DNA of 64,000 nucleotides from Candidatus Methanomethylicaceae archaeon (GTDB lineage Archaea; Thermoproteota; Methanomethylicia; Methanomethylicales; Methanomethylicaceae): NCBI GenBank assembly GCA_015660995.1, contig JACTUC010000002.1, positions 43,480 to 107,479 of the forward strand, read 5' to 3'. Shown piece by piece: positions 9,279 to 19,704 of this stretch (position 1 is its first letter; each line of letters starts with the position of its first letter). The notes under the pieces were generated by a model. It saw only the letters and a program-made list of their open reading frames with translations, ran no database searches and was not told where the DNA came from. The position numbers and the translations under genes were made by a program.

Positions 9279-11231
9279 ATGACCCACATTGTTGCCAGGG
9301 ATCTGCCGGGCGAGCGCGTCCTCCTTCTGGGCAATGAGGCAGTTGCGAGGGGGGCCATCGAGTCCAACGTGGAGATCGTCGCCTCCTACCCAGGTACCCC
9401 TGCCTCAGAGATCGTCGATACACTCGCTCTTGTGGCCGACGAGGTCAACATGCACGTCCAGTGGTCGACCAACGAGATGGTTGCCTTCGAGGTCGCCATC
9501 GGCGGTGCAATTTGCGGGAAGAGAAGCATCGCCTCGATGAAGCACATCGGCGCCAACTGGATCGTGGACCCGCTTATGCACGCGACCTACCATGGCTTCA
9601 GCGCAGGTCTGGTCCTTGTCTCCGCCGACGACCCTTCCGGGCACAGCTCCGCAAATGAGCAGGACAACAGGTACATGGCACTGCTGGCGGAAATCCCTGT
9701 GCTCGAGCCCTCCGATGTCCAGGAAGCAAAGGACTACGTCAGGTTGGCGATGGAGCTCTCGGAGGAGGTCCACCTCCCCGTGATGCTGAGGCTCGTGACA
9801 AGGATCTGCCATTCCCGGGGGGATCTTGTCTTGGGCAGGATGGAGCGCAAGCCTACAGAAACAAAATTCTACGACGACTACTACTCAGACTTTGTCCTGG
9901 GCGATGGAATTGTTGGTCCGAAAGTCATCCCGGAGATGCACGACATACTCCACCAGAAGCTTGCTAAGGTGGAGGAGATGGCAGCAAGAAAGGGGCTCTT
10001 CGCCACCGAAAAGAGATCGAAGCAGACGCTCCATACCAACTTGGGGATAATCTCGTCGTCTGCCCCGATAAATTATGTTCATGATTACCTCACAAAAAGG
10101 GGAATGAAGGGGGAGGTGAGCATTCTGAAGCTGGGCCTCACCAATCCATTCCCTGAGAAGACCGTGCTCGAGTTCACAAAGGACCTCGATGCGCTAATGG
10201 TTGTCGAAGAGGGTGAGCCCTTCATCGAGAGGCACATCTCTTCTGTCCTCAAAGACCACAAGCCATCTCTGAAGGTCCGTGGCAAGATCACAAAGGACCT
10301 CCCCGGGGTGGGCGAGCTAAACTATGCTGCTGTGGACAAGGCGCTATCCTCTTTCATTGGATTGGCCCCCGAGACCGTACCAAGTGAGATAATAGAGATG
10401 ATGGGCGCCGCCTCCAAGCTGCTGACCCCGAGGATGCTAACAATGTGCGCTGGCTGCCCCCATAGAGGGGCCTACTACGCTGCTAAGAAGGCAACCAGGA
10501 CAGTTTCCAACGCAAAATACATCGGTGTAGGCGACATTGGGTGTTACACATTGGGAATGTACCCACCGCTCAGGTTCATGCAGGCAGTCTTCTGCATGGG
10601 TGGGAGCATTGGCGTGGCAAACGGGATCGTGAAGGCAGGCATTAAGGATCCTGTGATAGCAACAATTGGTGACTCTACGTTCTATCACGCTGGGATACCT
10701 GCCCTCATCAACGCTACTTTCAACCAAGCTAACATAAAGGTCATGGTGCTGGACAACGAGGTGACAGCAATGACCGGCTTCCAGCCTCACCCTGGATGCG
10801 GCGAGACCGCAACCATGAAGCCAACGAAGAAGGTGTCCATAGAAGAGATCTCAAAGGCATGCGGTATCGAGTTCATCAGGATTGCAGACCCATACGACAT
10901 GAAAGCAAGCGTGGATGCCATGGAAGGCGCCCTGAGGTTTGACGGGCCTGCCGTTGTCATCTTCCGCAGGATATGTTCGCAGGAGTTTTTAAGGAAGGCT
11001 CGGAGGACGGGCCAGAGGATAGTACCCTGCGTCGTGATAGATGAAATGTGCGTGGGATGCAAGACCTGTGTGGCTGCTTTTGGATGCCCAGCCATAGGCT
11101 TTGACAAGGGGAGGAAGAAGTCTTTCATCGATCCTCTGGCATGCATGGGCTGCGGCGTATGCGTTGCCGTTTGCCCGAACGGTGCCATAGCCGAGAGGGT
11201 CAAAAGGGAAGATGGTTCGGAAGGGGAGTGA
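9279..11231 (+). CDS. iorA: Indolepyruvate:ferredoxin oxidoreductase alpha subunit
   Basis: LLGNEAVARG, YPGTPASE, CAGCPHR, GDIGC, GDSTF TPP motif, C-terminal 2x[4Fe-4S]. Confidence 0.93.
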   Translation: MTHIVARDLPGERVLLLGNEAVARGAIESNVEIVASYPGTPASEIVDTLALVADEVNMHVQWSTNEMVAFEVAIGGAICGKRSIASMKHIGANWIVDPLMHATYHGFSAGLVLVSADDPSGHSSANEQDNRYMALLAEIPVLEPSDVQEAKDYVRLAMELSEEVHLPVMLRLVTRICHSRGDLVLGRMERKPTETKFYDDYYSDFVLGDGIVGPKVIPEMHDILHQKLAKVEEMAARKGLFATEKRSKQTLHTNLGIISSSAPINYVHDYLTKRGMKGEVSILKLGLTNPFPEKTVLEFTKDLDALMVVEEGEPFIERHISSVLKDHKPSLKVRGKITKDLPGVGELNYAAVDKALSSFIGLAPETVPSEIIEMMGAASKLLTPRMLTMCAGCPHRGAYYAAKKATRTVSNAKYIGVGDIGCYTLGMYPPLRFMQAVFCMGGSIGVANGIVKAGIKDPVIATIGDSTFYHAGIPALINATFNQANIKVMVLDNEVTAMTGFQPHPGCGETATMKPTKKVSIEEISKACGIEFIRIADPYDMKASVDAMEGALRFDGPAVVIFRRICSQEFLRKARRTGQRIVPCVVIDEMCVGCKTCVAAFGCPAIGFDKGRKKSFIDPLACMGCGVCVAVCPNGAIAERVKREDGSEGE

Positions 11232-11842
11232 TGCCAGTGCAGAACGAACTGAACATCATAATCGCTGGCGTAGGCGGACAGGGCAACGTCAGGGGTGCCC
11301 AGATCATCGGTACAGCTGCTGTGAGGGCAGGCTACCATGCTAGGGTCTCAGACGTATATGGCATTGCGCAGAGGGGAGGGCCAGTCGTAAGCCACGTCAG
11401 GATAGGAAAGGAGATCTATGGCAGCATGGTCGAGGAACACACTGCAGACATAGTAATCGGACTGGAGCCTATGGAAGCCCTAAGGGCTGCAGCCAAGTTC
11501 CTTAGGCCAGGCGGGATAGTGGTGCTGAGCACTAGGCCAATCTACCCGGTAGAGGTGAACACAGGAAAAGCCACCTACCCAGCTCTCGAAGCTATTATGG
11601 CTGTAATTTCCAAGGTCTCGCGCAAGGTTGTGCAGCTTGATGCCACTAAGATCGCAGAGGATGCCGGCATCCCTATCGCTGCTAATATAGTCATGTTAGG
11701 TGTCCTTTCAGGGCTGGGGATCCTTCCATTCCCTGAAGAAGCTATCAAGCAATCGATAAGGGAAAATATCCCCCGGTCGATCGAGCAGAACCTCAAGGCG
11801 TTCGACTCTGGCTCAGCTATAGGAAGAGCAAATTCACGCTGA
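11231..11842 (+). CDS. iorB: Indolepyruvate:ferredoxin oxidoreductase beta subunit
   Basis: GVGGQG, AQRGG-x-V-x-SHVR; start overlaps the iorA stop (TGATG). Confidence 0.92.
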   Translation: MPVQNELNIIIAGVGGQGNVRGAQIIGTAAVRAGYHARVSDVYGIAQRGGPVVSHVRIGKEIYGSMVEEHTADIVIGLEPMEALRAAAKFLRPGGIVVLSTRPIYPVEVNTGKATYPALEAIMAVISKVSRKVVQLDATKIAEDAGIPIAANIVMLGVLSGLGILPFPEEAIKQSIRENIPRSIEQNLKAFDSGSAIGRANSR

Positions 11843-13297
11843 TCCTTGGTTTTTTTCCCTCAGTCTCATTACCTTCTCTTTTACCGCACTGTTGACCAGT
11901 TGGGGATCTGCTTTCCCCCTAGTCTTCTTCATCACCTGACCGATCAAAAAGTTCACTGCGTTGTCGTCCCTGACAGCGTCGTCAACAGCCTTCCTATTCT
12001 CAGCAAAGACCTCATCCACAACACTCTTGAGCAAGGCCGTATCCGCAATCCTCTGCATGTCCCTCTCGTTAACAATCACCTCGGCGTCCCTGCCGGAGGT
12101 AACGAGCTCGGGGAGTATGATCTTCCCTATCTTGCCACTTATCTTCCCATCATTGATCATCCTCAGCATCCCCACGAATGTGGCAGGAGTGACCTTAGCC
12201 TCGTGGAGCTCAAGGTCCTTGTCATGAAGCACGCCAAGGAGGTCTCCCATGACCCAGTTGCTAGCGGTTTTGGCTTCGCCAAGCATCTTGGTGCAGGTTT
12301 CGAAGAAGTCCGCCAATGCCTTCTCGCCAGTCAGGACCTGCGCATCGTAGGCAGGGATTCCGTACTCGCGGGAAAACCTCTCCGCCCTGGCATCAGGTAG
12401 CTCGGGCATGCTCCTGCCCAGCCGCTCCACCATCTCCCTCCCTATCACCAGCGGAACAATATCCGGCTCTGGGAAGTACCTGTAGTCATGCTCCTCCTCC
12501 TTCTCCCTCAGCGAAATTGTGACCTTCCTTATCTCGTCCCAATGCCGGGTCTCTCTGACAACCCTCTCGCTCTTCCGCAGGACACCCCTTTGCCTGGATA
12601 TCTCGAAGTTGAGTGCCTTCTCAACCTCCTTGAACGATGAGATGTTCTTTATCTCCACGCGGGTGCTCCCCCTAATCGAGATGTTGGCATCGCACCTCAT
12701 AGCGCCCTCAAGCCCTCCGTCGAAAACACCTATGTGCTCGAGTATGGACCTCAGCTTCTGCAGGAAGAGCCTCGCCTCCTTCGGCGATGACATGTCGGGC
12801 TCCGTTACTATCTCGAGAAGCGCCATCCCGGCCCTGTTGTAGTCCACAAGCGTATAGGGTGAGAGGTCGATCGGCCCTATGTGAACCAGCTTCGCCGGAT
12901 CCTCCTCTAGCTGCATCCTCGTTATCCTTATGCGCTTCTTATGGGGACCCACATTGATGTCGAGGTATCCGCCTTCGCATATGGTGGTTGTTCCGCTCGT
13001 CTCATACATCGAGATCTGGAAGTTCTTGCTCATGTCGACGTAGTAGTAGTTCTTGCGGTAGAACGCGGTCCTCTCGCTCACCTTGCTCCTGAGCGCTAGC
13101 CCAGTCATCACGGCGTACTCAACAGCCTTCCTGTTAGGCTTCGGAAGCGAGCCGGGATGCCCAAGACATACTATGCAGACGTTGGAGTTTGGTTCCTTGC
13201 CTCTGTAATCCGAGCTGCAGCCGCAGAAGAGCTTGGTCTTCAAGCTTGTCAGCTGGCAATGTGCTTCCAAGCCGATAACTATGTCCGTGTCCGCCAT
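11834..13297 (-). CDS. gatB: Asp/Glu-tRNA amidotransferase subunit B
   Basis: IGLE-x-H-x-QL, RKNYYY, DYNRAG, RCDANIS, YRYFPEPD. Confidence 0.96.
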   Translation of the reverse strand: MADTDIVIGLEAHCQLTSLKTKLFCGCSSDYRGKEPNSNVCIVCLGHPGSLPKPNRKAVEYAVMTGLALRSKVSERTAFYRKNYYYVDMSKNFQISMYETSGTTTICEGGYLDINVGPHKKRIRITRMQLEEDPAKLVHIGPIDLSPYTLVDYNRAGMALLEIVTEPDMSSPKEARLFLQKLRSILEHIGVFDGGLEGAMRCDANISIRGSTRVEIKNISSFKEVEKALNFEISRQRGVLRKSERVVRETRHWDEIRKVTISLREKEEEHDYRYFPEPDIVPLVIGREMVERLGRSMPELPDARAERFSREYGIPAYDAQVLTGEKALADFFETCTKMLGEAKTASNWVMGDLLGVLHDKDLELHEAKVTPATFVGMLRMINDGKISGKIGKIILPELVTSGRDAEVIVNERDMQRIADTALLKSVVDEVFAENRKAVDDAVRDDNAVNFLIGQVMKKTRGKADPQLVNSAVKEKVMRLREKNQGSA

Positions 13298-13306
13298 GCT
13301 CGCACC

Positions 13307-14728
13307 TCACAACGGGGGTCTGAGGTCAAGCCCCAGCTCCTCCTCTATCCTCCTCGCAACCGTGAATATCATCCCCTCGGCAAGCGGCGGCGCCATTATC
13401 TGGAGCCCCACGGGTAGCCCGCCGACAAAACCGCAAGGCAGCGACAGGGCAGGGATGTTGGCCAAGTTCATAGGCACTGTGTCTATATCAGTCTGGTACA
13501 TTGCTATGGGGTCATCGACCTTCTCTCCGAGCCTGAAGGCAGTTGTCGGGGTCGTTGGTCCGACAAGAACATCAAACTGCTTGAACAGCCTTTCGAAATC
13601 CCTCCTTATCAAAGTCCTGACTTTCAGCGCCTTGAGATAGTACCCCTCGTAGTAACCGGCGGAGAGCGCAAACGTCCCTAGGATTATTCTCCTCTTCACC
13701 TCAGGCCCGAAGCCCTTCCCCCTCGTCCTCGAGTACGAAGCGGTCCAGTCTAGCCCTTCGTCCTCCTGCCTCACGCCGTACCTTATGCCATCGTACCTCG
13801 CAAGGTTCGAGCTGGCCTCAGACATAGCCGTCAGGTAGTAGGTCGGTAGCGCGTAATTCAGCGTCGGGAGATCGCATTCGCTCCAGGTGGCGCCTAGCCC
13901 CTCGAGTATGTGGACGCACTTCCAGACCTGTTCCTTCACCCCCTCGTCCGTGCCCTCCCCAAAAAAGTCCCTCGGAACGCCCACCTTGAAGCCCTTAACG
14001 CCCTTCTCGAGATAGGCTAGGTAGTTCTCCTTCGCGACCTCAAGGGAGGTCCCGTCCATCTCGTCGTTTCCAGCTATGATGTTCATTACAAGGGCGCAGT
14101 CCCTCACATCCCTCGTCAGCGGCCCTATCTGCTCCAGGCTGTTTCCAAACGCTACCAGTCCATATCTGCTGAGAAGACCGTATGTGGGCTTCAGCCCTAC
14201 CGTCCCGCAGAAGCTCGCGGGGCACCTCACCGATCCCCCGGTGTCTGACCCTAATGCAGCCACGGCCTCACGTGAAGCTACAGCCACAGCACTGCCACCA
14301 GAAGAGCCACCAGGCACCCTAGCAGTGTCCCACGGGTTCCTAGATGGGAAGAAGGCGCTGTTCTCCGTGGAGGACCCCATGGCGAACTCGTCCATGTTCG
14401 TCTTGCCCAGTACGAAACCGCCCGCCTCTTTGAGCCTCCTGACCACTGTCGCGTCATAGGGTGGCACGTAATTAGCCAAGATCTTCGAAGCGCAGGTGGT
14501 CTTCAAACCCTTGGTGCACATGTTGTCCTTAATTGCCAGCGGCGCCCCTTCCAGCAAGCCGTCTTGGGCTGCCATAAGGTTCTTATTCAGAGTGATGTAC
14601 GCCCTGAGCTCGCTGTCATGATCCCTGATCTGCTTCCTGTAGGCTTCTAGGATCTTCTCCTTCTCCACGTCACCGCCACGGATAGCTTGAATCTGCTCGA
14701 AGAGCGTAAGCTGCAGGACATTCTTCAT
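13307..14728 (-). CDS. gatA: Asp/Glu-tRNA amidotransferase subunit A
   Basis: Amidase signature: KDN, DEFAMGSS, PGGSSGGS, GSDTGGSVR. Confidence 0.96.
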   Translation of the reverse strand: MKNVLQLTLFEQIQAIRGGDVEKEKILEAYRKQIRDHDSELRAYITLNKNLMAAQDGLLEGAPLAIKDNMCTKGLKTTCASKILANYVPPYDATVVRRLKEAGGFVLGKTNMDEFAMGSSTENSAFFPSRNPWDTARVPGGSSGGSAVAVASREAVAALGSDTGGSVRCPASFCGTVGLKPTYGLLSRYGLVAFGNSLEQIGPLTRDVRDCALVMNIIAGNDEMDGTSLEVAKENYLAYLEKGVKGFKVGVPRDFFGEGTDEGVKEQVWKCVHILEGLGATWSECDLPTLNYALPTYYLTAMSEASSNLARYDGIRYGVRQEDEGLDWTASYSRTRGKGFGPEVKRRIILGTFALSAGYYEGYYLKALKVRTLIRRDFERLFKQFDVLVGPTTPTTAFRLGEKVDDPIAMYQTDIDTVPMNLANIPALSLPCGFVGGLPVGLQIMAPPLAEGMIFTVARRIEEELGLDLRPPL

Positions 14729-14738
14729 GAAAAAACCT

Positions 14739-15035
14739 CTAGACTATCTTGGGCGCAACGAAGAAGCTGTCCTTTACCTTGGAGCCATTCGCGAGCGCCT
14801 CGTCCTTCTTAAGGCAGGGCGTCACCTTGTCCTCCCTCATGATATTCGTGACATTGATAGCGTGGTAGGTCGGCTCGACCCCTTTCAGGTCAACCTTGTC
14901 CAGATCCTTGAAAGACTCGAGTATACGGTTGAGCTGTATGGTGATGCTGTCATTCTCCTCCTCCGTCAACTCGATCTTAGCCAACCATGCCAGCCTCTTG
15001 GTCCTTTCCTTCGATACGATCTTTAAACTCTCCAT
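14739..15035 (-). CDS. gatC: Asp/Glu-tRNA amidotransferase subunit C
   Basis: LA-x-LAKIEL, MRED, F-x-APKI; directly upstream of gatA. Confidence 0.92.
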   Translation of the reverse strand: MESLKIVSKERTKRLAWLAKIELTEEENDSITIQLNRILESFKDLDKVDLKGVEPTYHAINVTNIMREDKVTPCLKKDEALANGSKVKDSFFVAPKIV

Positions 15036-15187
15036 GGCTAGTCCTCAGAGTATATCTTGGATCGCCGTAATAAAATTGTTGTCCATGCCTGCGCTGCCGT
15101 TTTCTCGTCCCTATCTATATATCGCAGTAAAATATATATTCTACGAGTATACAGTATGATAGCGCATTTAAGGTTTGAAGAGGGATC

Positions 15188-17347
15188 ATGATGACCAAAA
15201 GATCAATTGAGTTGAAAGTTGCTGAATCAAGGCAGCGGGATGTTGGGCGAAGTCTTGCCCGCATTAGCCAGAGCTTCATGGACGAGCTTGGCCTAGGCGC
15301 AGGGGATTTCGTGCTCATTGAGGGGAAGCGCTCTACGGTAGCGATAGCTTGGCCGGCTTACGCCGAGGACGAGAAGCTTGACATAGTGAGAATAGATGGA
15401 ATAATAAGGCATAATACCGGTTCGTCGATAAGCGACATCGTTGCCGTTTCGAAGGTCGAACTCGAGCCCTCAGGTAAGGTCACACTCGCGCCCACGGAAC
15501 CCATCCGGTTCAGCTCGGACTTCGGGGGCTATGTCCAGCAGATGCTTGAGAACAAGCCCCTGAGCAAGGGCGACACTGTAATGCTGCCTGTGCTCGGTGA
15601 AGCTTTGAGACTCGTGGTTGTCTCAATACAGCCGACGCCATACGCCTACGTGACTGAAGATACAGAGGTGACTGTTAAAGAGGCGCCAGTCAAGGAGATC
15701 GCGCCTTCTGTCTCCAAGATAACCTACGAGGACATCGGTGGTCTTGAGGACGCCAAGGCAAAGATAAGGGAGATGATAGAACTCCCCATGAAGCATCCCG
15801 AGCTCTTTAAACACCTCGGCATAGAGCCACCCAAGGGAGTGCTGCTATATGGACCATCTGGTTGCGGCAAGACCTTGCTTGTAAAGGCTGTCGCCAACGA
15901 ATCTGGAGCCAACTTCGTTGCCCTCAATGGACCAGAGATAATGAGCAAGTTCTACGGTGAGTCCGAGGGGAAATTGAGGGAGCTCTTCGAGGACGCAGAG
16001 AAGAACGCCCCTAGCATCATCTTCATCGACGAAGTGGACTCCATCGCCACGAAGAGGGAGGAGGTGACCGGTGAGGTCGAGAGGCGCGTCGTGGCCCAGC
16101 TTCTCACACTCATGGATGGCCTAAAAACAAGGGGACAGGTGATAGTGATTGCTGCAACCAACAGGCCAGAAGCGGTCGATCCAGCCCTCAGGAGGCCGGG
16201 CAGATTTGATAGGGAGATTATTATCTCAATGCCCGACAGGAACGGGAGGCGCGAGATCCTCCAAGTCCATATCAGGGGCATGCCCCTAAGCGACGACGTA
16301 AGCATAGACGAGATCTCGGATACCACGCACGGCTTCAGCGGAGCAGACCTAGCGGCATTAAGCAGGGAGGCCGCTATGAGGGCGCTTAGGCGCTTCCTTC
16401 CCAAGCTCGATCTTGATAAGCAGGTGATCCCAGTGGGCATCCTCAAGACTTTGAAGGTCGAGAAGTCCGACTTCAGTGAGGCAATGAAGGAGATCGCGCC
16501 TTCCGCACTGAGAGAGGTCTATGTGGAGGTTCCTGAAGTCCACTGGAGCGATGTTGGCGGCCTAGAAGAGGTCAAGAAACAGCTCAGGGAGATGATCGAA
16601 CTCCCCATTAAGAACCCCGAACTATTCGAGCAGATGGGCATAACGCCACCCAAGGGCATACTGCTCTACGGTCCCCCTGGTACCGGGAAAACCCTCCTGG
16701 CGAAAGCTGTCGCGACCGAGAGCTCTGCCAATTTCATAAGCGTCAAGGGCCCCGAGATCCTGAGCAAGTGGGTTGGCGAGTCCGAGAAAGCAGTGAGGGA
16801 GATATTCAAGAAGGCGAGGCAGGCATCACCCTGCATTGTATTCTTCGATGAGCTAGACTCGATAGCCCCCCAGAGGGGGGCGAGGTTCGACTCTGGCGTC
16901 ACAGAACGCTTGGTGAATCAGCTGCTCTCGGATATGGATGGCCTTGTCTCTCTCAAGAACGTGGTCGTGATAGCCGCAACAAACCGCCCTGACATGATAG
17001 ATATGGCGCTGCTCAGGCCAGGGAGGTTTGACAGAAATGTCTACATCCCATTGCCTGACAAGAAGGCCAGGGAGGAGATCTTTAAGGTGCACACCAAGAA
17101 GATGCCCATCGCCGAGGGCGTCAGCTTTGCCTTGCTGGCTGAGAAGAGCGACGGCTACACCGGCGCTGACATCGAGGCAGTCTGCAGGGAGGCCGCGCTC
17201 GACGCGCTCAGGGAGGATATGAAGCCCAAGAAGGTCTCCATGAAGCACTTCGAAGACGCCCTGAAGGCAGTGCCCATGAGCATCTCTGCCCAGGATCTCC
17301 TGCGGTACGACGACCTGAAAAAAACCATTAGTAAGATGGTCAGCTGA
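15188..17347 (+). CDS. cdc48: CDC48/VCP AAA ATPase
   Basis: N-domain plus two AAA modules ([30 protein letters not shown] twice). Confidence 0.96.
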   Translation: MMTKRSIELKVAESRQRDVGRSLARISQSFMDELGLGAGDFVLIEGKRSTVAIAWPAYAEDEKLDIVRIDGIIRHNTGSSISDIVAVSKVELEPSGKVTLAPTEPIRFSSDFGGYVQQMLENKPLSKGDTVMLPVLGEALRLVVVSIQPTPYAYVTEDTEVTVKEAPVKEIAPSVSKITYEDIGGLEDAKAKIREMIELPMKHPELFKHLGIEPPKGVLLYGPSGCGKTLLVKAVANESGANFVALNGPEIMSKFYGESEGKLRELFEDAEKNAPSIIFIDEVDSIATKREEVTGEVERRVVAQLLTLMDGLKTRGQVIVIAATNRPEAVDPALRRPGRFDREIIISMPDRNGRREILQVHIRGMPLSDDVSIDEISDTTHGFSGADLAALSREAAMRALRRFLPKLDLDKQVIPVGILKTLKVEKSDFSEAMKEIAPSALREVYVEVPEVHWSDVGGLEEVKKQLREMIELPIKNPELFEQMGITPPKGILLYGPPGTGKTLLAKAVATESSANFISVKGPEILSKWVGESEKAVREIFKKARQASPCIVFFDELDSIAPQRGARFDSGVTERLVNQLLSDMDGLVSLKNVVVIAATNRPDMIDMALLRPGRFDRNVYIPLPDKKAREEIFKVHTKKMPIAEGVSFALLAEKSDGYTGADIEAVCREAALDALREDMKPKKVSMKHFEDALKAVPMSISAQDLLRYDDLKKTISKMVS

Positions 17348-17353
17348 AAAAAA

Positions 17354-17396
17354 GAGATCGGTAGTATCGCTCTAGTCTGACCGGATCTCCTTTTTT
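17354..17396. terminator. Hairpin flanked by A- and T-runs between convergent cdc48 and leuA/cimA
   Basis: GAGATCGGT...ACCGGATCTC imperfect stem; A7 before, T6 after. Confidence 0.4.
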
Positions 17397-17428
17397 ACAT
17401 GTCTCCTTTTTTTGTGCCAACCCTCTAG

Positions 17429-18991
17429 TCATTTCTTTGTTCTTCTCTTCCCGTAAATCCGGTTGAGGCTCTCCATAAGGGCATAAACCGAGGACATCAC
17501 GATGTCCCCGCCCACCGCCATACCCATCGCAGTCTTCCCCTCCTTATCCTCAACTACGACCTCCACCGTGCAGAGCGAGTCCGTGCCACCTGATATTGCC
17601 TCGAGCTTGTAGTTCAGCAGCTTGATCTCCTCGCCGAGCGCGGACTGTATTGCCCTAGAGAGGGCATCCACGGGTCCTGTACCTACCCCTGCCGCGACCC
17701 TCTTGCTATCGTTCATGGTGAGCTGAACCGATGCGGTCGGAGTGATCTTGTTCCCTGTAACGATCAGGATCTCATCGAGCTTCACGACCTTTTCCTCCTC
17801 CGCGACGCTTCCCAAGACCCCCTCGACTATGGCCGTCACGTCTCCTTCTGTTATCTTCTTCTTGTTTATGGTGAGGCACCTAACCTTATCGACAACCGCT
17901 CTTATCTGCTCCTCGTCGAGGCTGTACTGCTCCTTCACGAAGTTCGCCACCGCGTGCTTTCCGGTGTGCTTGCCCATTACGATGCGCCTCTTCTGGCCAA
18001 CCATCTCAGGTGTGAGGGGCTCGTAGCACTCTGCTTTAGCCAGTACCCCGTGCACGTGTATTCCCGCCTCATGGGCGAAGGCGTTCTCGCCGACGATGGG
18101 ATAATTGGGCATCAGCTTGATCATACTCGCCCTCTCCACCAGTTTTGAGGCGTCCTTGAGCAGGTAAAGCTTTACCCCTGTCTTCACGCCATACATGGCG
18201 ACTAGGGCAGTAACAGTCTGTTCAAGGCTCGCGTTCCCCGCCCTCTCTCCGAGGCCGTTGATCGCGGTGTGGACCTGGGATGCCCCTGCCTTCACGCCTG
18301 CCAGCGTGTTCGCAACAGCAAGGCCGAAGTCGTTGTGGCAGTGCATGGAAATCGGCCTCTTCAGCCTCCCCTTGAGCATCGAGATCAGGCTGAACATTGC
18401 CTCGGGCTCCATGACCCCAACGGTGTCCGGAACGTTGTTTATGTCCGAGCCGCATGCCTCAACTCCCCTATAGAACTTCAGCAGCCTCTCCACTGGCGTC
18501 CTTGTTGCATCCTCGCAGGAGAATTCGCACTCGAGCCCGTGCGCCTTTACGTACTCCGCGGAGGCAAGCGCTTGGTCGTATGCCTTCTTCTCATCCATCT
18601 TTAGCTTGTACTTGAGATGAACATCCGACGTGGCTATGAAGATGTGAACCCTGTCCACGTCCGCCTTTATACATGCGTCCACATCCGCCTCAACGCACCT
18701 TGCGAGACCGCAAATCTTCGCACTGAGCCCCAGATCCTTGATCCTCTTCATTGCCTGCGTCTCCTCATCAGAGTTTGCCGGGAAACCCCCCTCTATTACG
18801 TCCACTCCGAGATCGTCCAGTTTCTTGGCAATCTCCAGCTTCTCCTCGAGGGTGAAGCATACCCCTGGCGTCTGCTCCCCGTCCCTCAGCGTTGTGTCAA
18901 ATACGTAAACTCTCTCCGCAAATTTGGATCTCTCCCTGACAGGCAGGATGAGATCGCTGACAAATACCCCTTCCATGTGGCACACCTGCAT
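17429..18991 (-). CDS. 2-isopropylmalate synthase / (R)-citramalate synthase family with C-terminal regulatory domain
   Basis: DTTLRDGEQ, HCHND, GERAGN, HEAGIH; C-terminal G-x-GPVDA allosteric domain argues against AksA; leuA and cimA not distinguishable by eye. Confidence 0.88.
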   Translation of the reverse strand: MQVCHMEGVFVSDLILPVRERSKFAERVYVFDTTLRDGEQTPGVCFTLEEKLEIAKKLDDLGVDVIEGGFPANSDEETQAMKRIKDLGLSAKICGLARCVEADVDACIKADVDRVHIFIATSDVHLKYKLKMDEKKAYDQALASAEYVKAHGLECEFSCEDATRTPVERLLKFYRGVEACGSDINNVPDTVGVMEPEAMFSLISMLKGRLKRPISMHCHNDFGLAVANTLAGVKAGASQVHTAINGLGERAGNASLEQTVTALVAMYGVKTGVKLYLLKDASKLVERASMIKLMPNYPIVGENAFAHEAGIHVHGVLAKAECYEPLTPEMVGQKRRIVMGKHTGKHAVANFVKEQYSLDEEQIRAVVDKVRCLTINKKKITEGDVTAIVEGVLGSVAEEEKVVKLDEILIVTGNKITPTASVQLTMNDSKRVAAGVGTGPVDALSRAIQSALGEEIKLLNYKLEAISGGTDSLCTVEVVVEDKEGKTAMGMAVGGDIVMSSVYALMESLNRIYGKRRTKK

Positions 18992-19130
18992 TCAAGACTA
19001 GATATTTACTGACGAGCTCAATATATAAATTCTGACGAACACACCATGAACTTGTCAGGCTTCTCATTCCAGCATCGAAGCTAGGGTAAGAATTTAAGAC
19101 AACATCATCTATCATACTATTGGTGGTATT

Positions 19131-19496
19131 ATGCCCAAGAAACTCTCAGACAAGTTCAAGAACAAGATGGGGTTCACCCCAGTTATCCTCAATCTAGCGT
19201 CGGAGATGGACCCGAAGCTTGTGGCGTTCTACGAATTCTGCGATTCAGCCATCCAGGACGACAGCGCACTGCCTTCCAAGCATAAGTTGCTCCTGATAAT
19301 GGCCATGGGAGCTCAGAGGCATTGCAAGGAGTGCGTTGTCTCTGCAATGAGGGGTGCATACAAGAAGGGTGCTACGGAGGCAGAGATCCTCGACGCAGTG
19401 AGGTGCATAGCTGTGGCTGGAGGTGCCCCCGCGATTGCCGCCTGTAAGGACGCCCTCCAGATGCTGAAAAACAGGGAGTTCGTCGGAACCTGCTAG
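19131..19496 (+). CDS. Carboxymuconolactone decarboxylase/AhpD-like protein
   Basis: L-x-x-K-x-K-x-L...HCKEC...A-x-x-x-GAT-x-x-EI pattern with CxxC. Confidence 0.8.
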   Translation: MPKKLSDKFKNKMGFTPVILNLASEMDPKLVAFYEFCDSAIQDDSALPSKHKLLLIMAMGAQRHCKECVVSAMRGAYKKGATEAEILDAVRCIAVAGGAPAIAACKDALQMLKNREFVGTC

Positions 19497-19635
19497 CAGC
19501 TGCGTCTACAATCACATTACTTGTATTTGCAGCCATTAAGGTGGGCAAAGTGCTATACTATTTCTCAAGCTACGGTTCACTAAATTCGAACTCACTCACA
19601 TTTATATATTTCAGCGCGCCGATAGGTTGCTAATA

Positions 19636-19704
19636 ATGTACGCCTATTTCGCTTTAGCTGTAATCCTAGGACTTTTGATATTTAAGAGGAAGGAACTAAA
19701 TTGA
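19636..19704 (+). CDS. Putative 22-aa membrane micropeptide MYAYFALAVILGLLIFKRKELN (not in ORF track)
   Basis: ATG about 28 nt after TTTATATA (leaderless position); hydrophobic stretch plus KRK tail; TGA overlaps the TTG start of the radical SAM gene. Confidence 0.45.
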   Translation: MYAYFALAVILGLLIFKRKELN

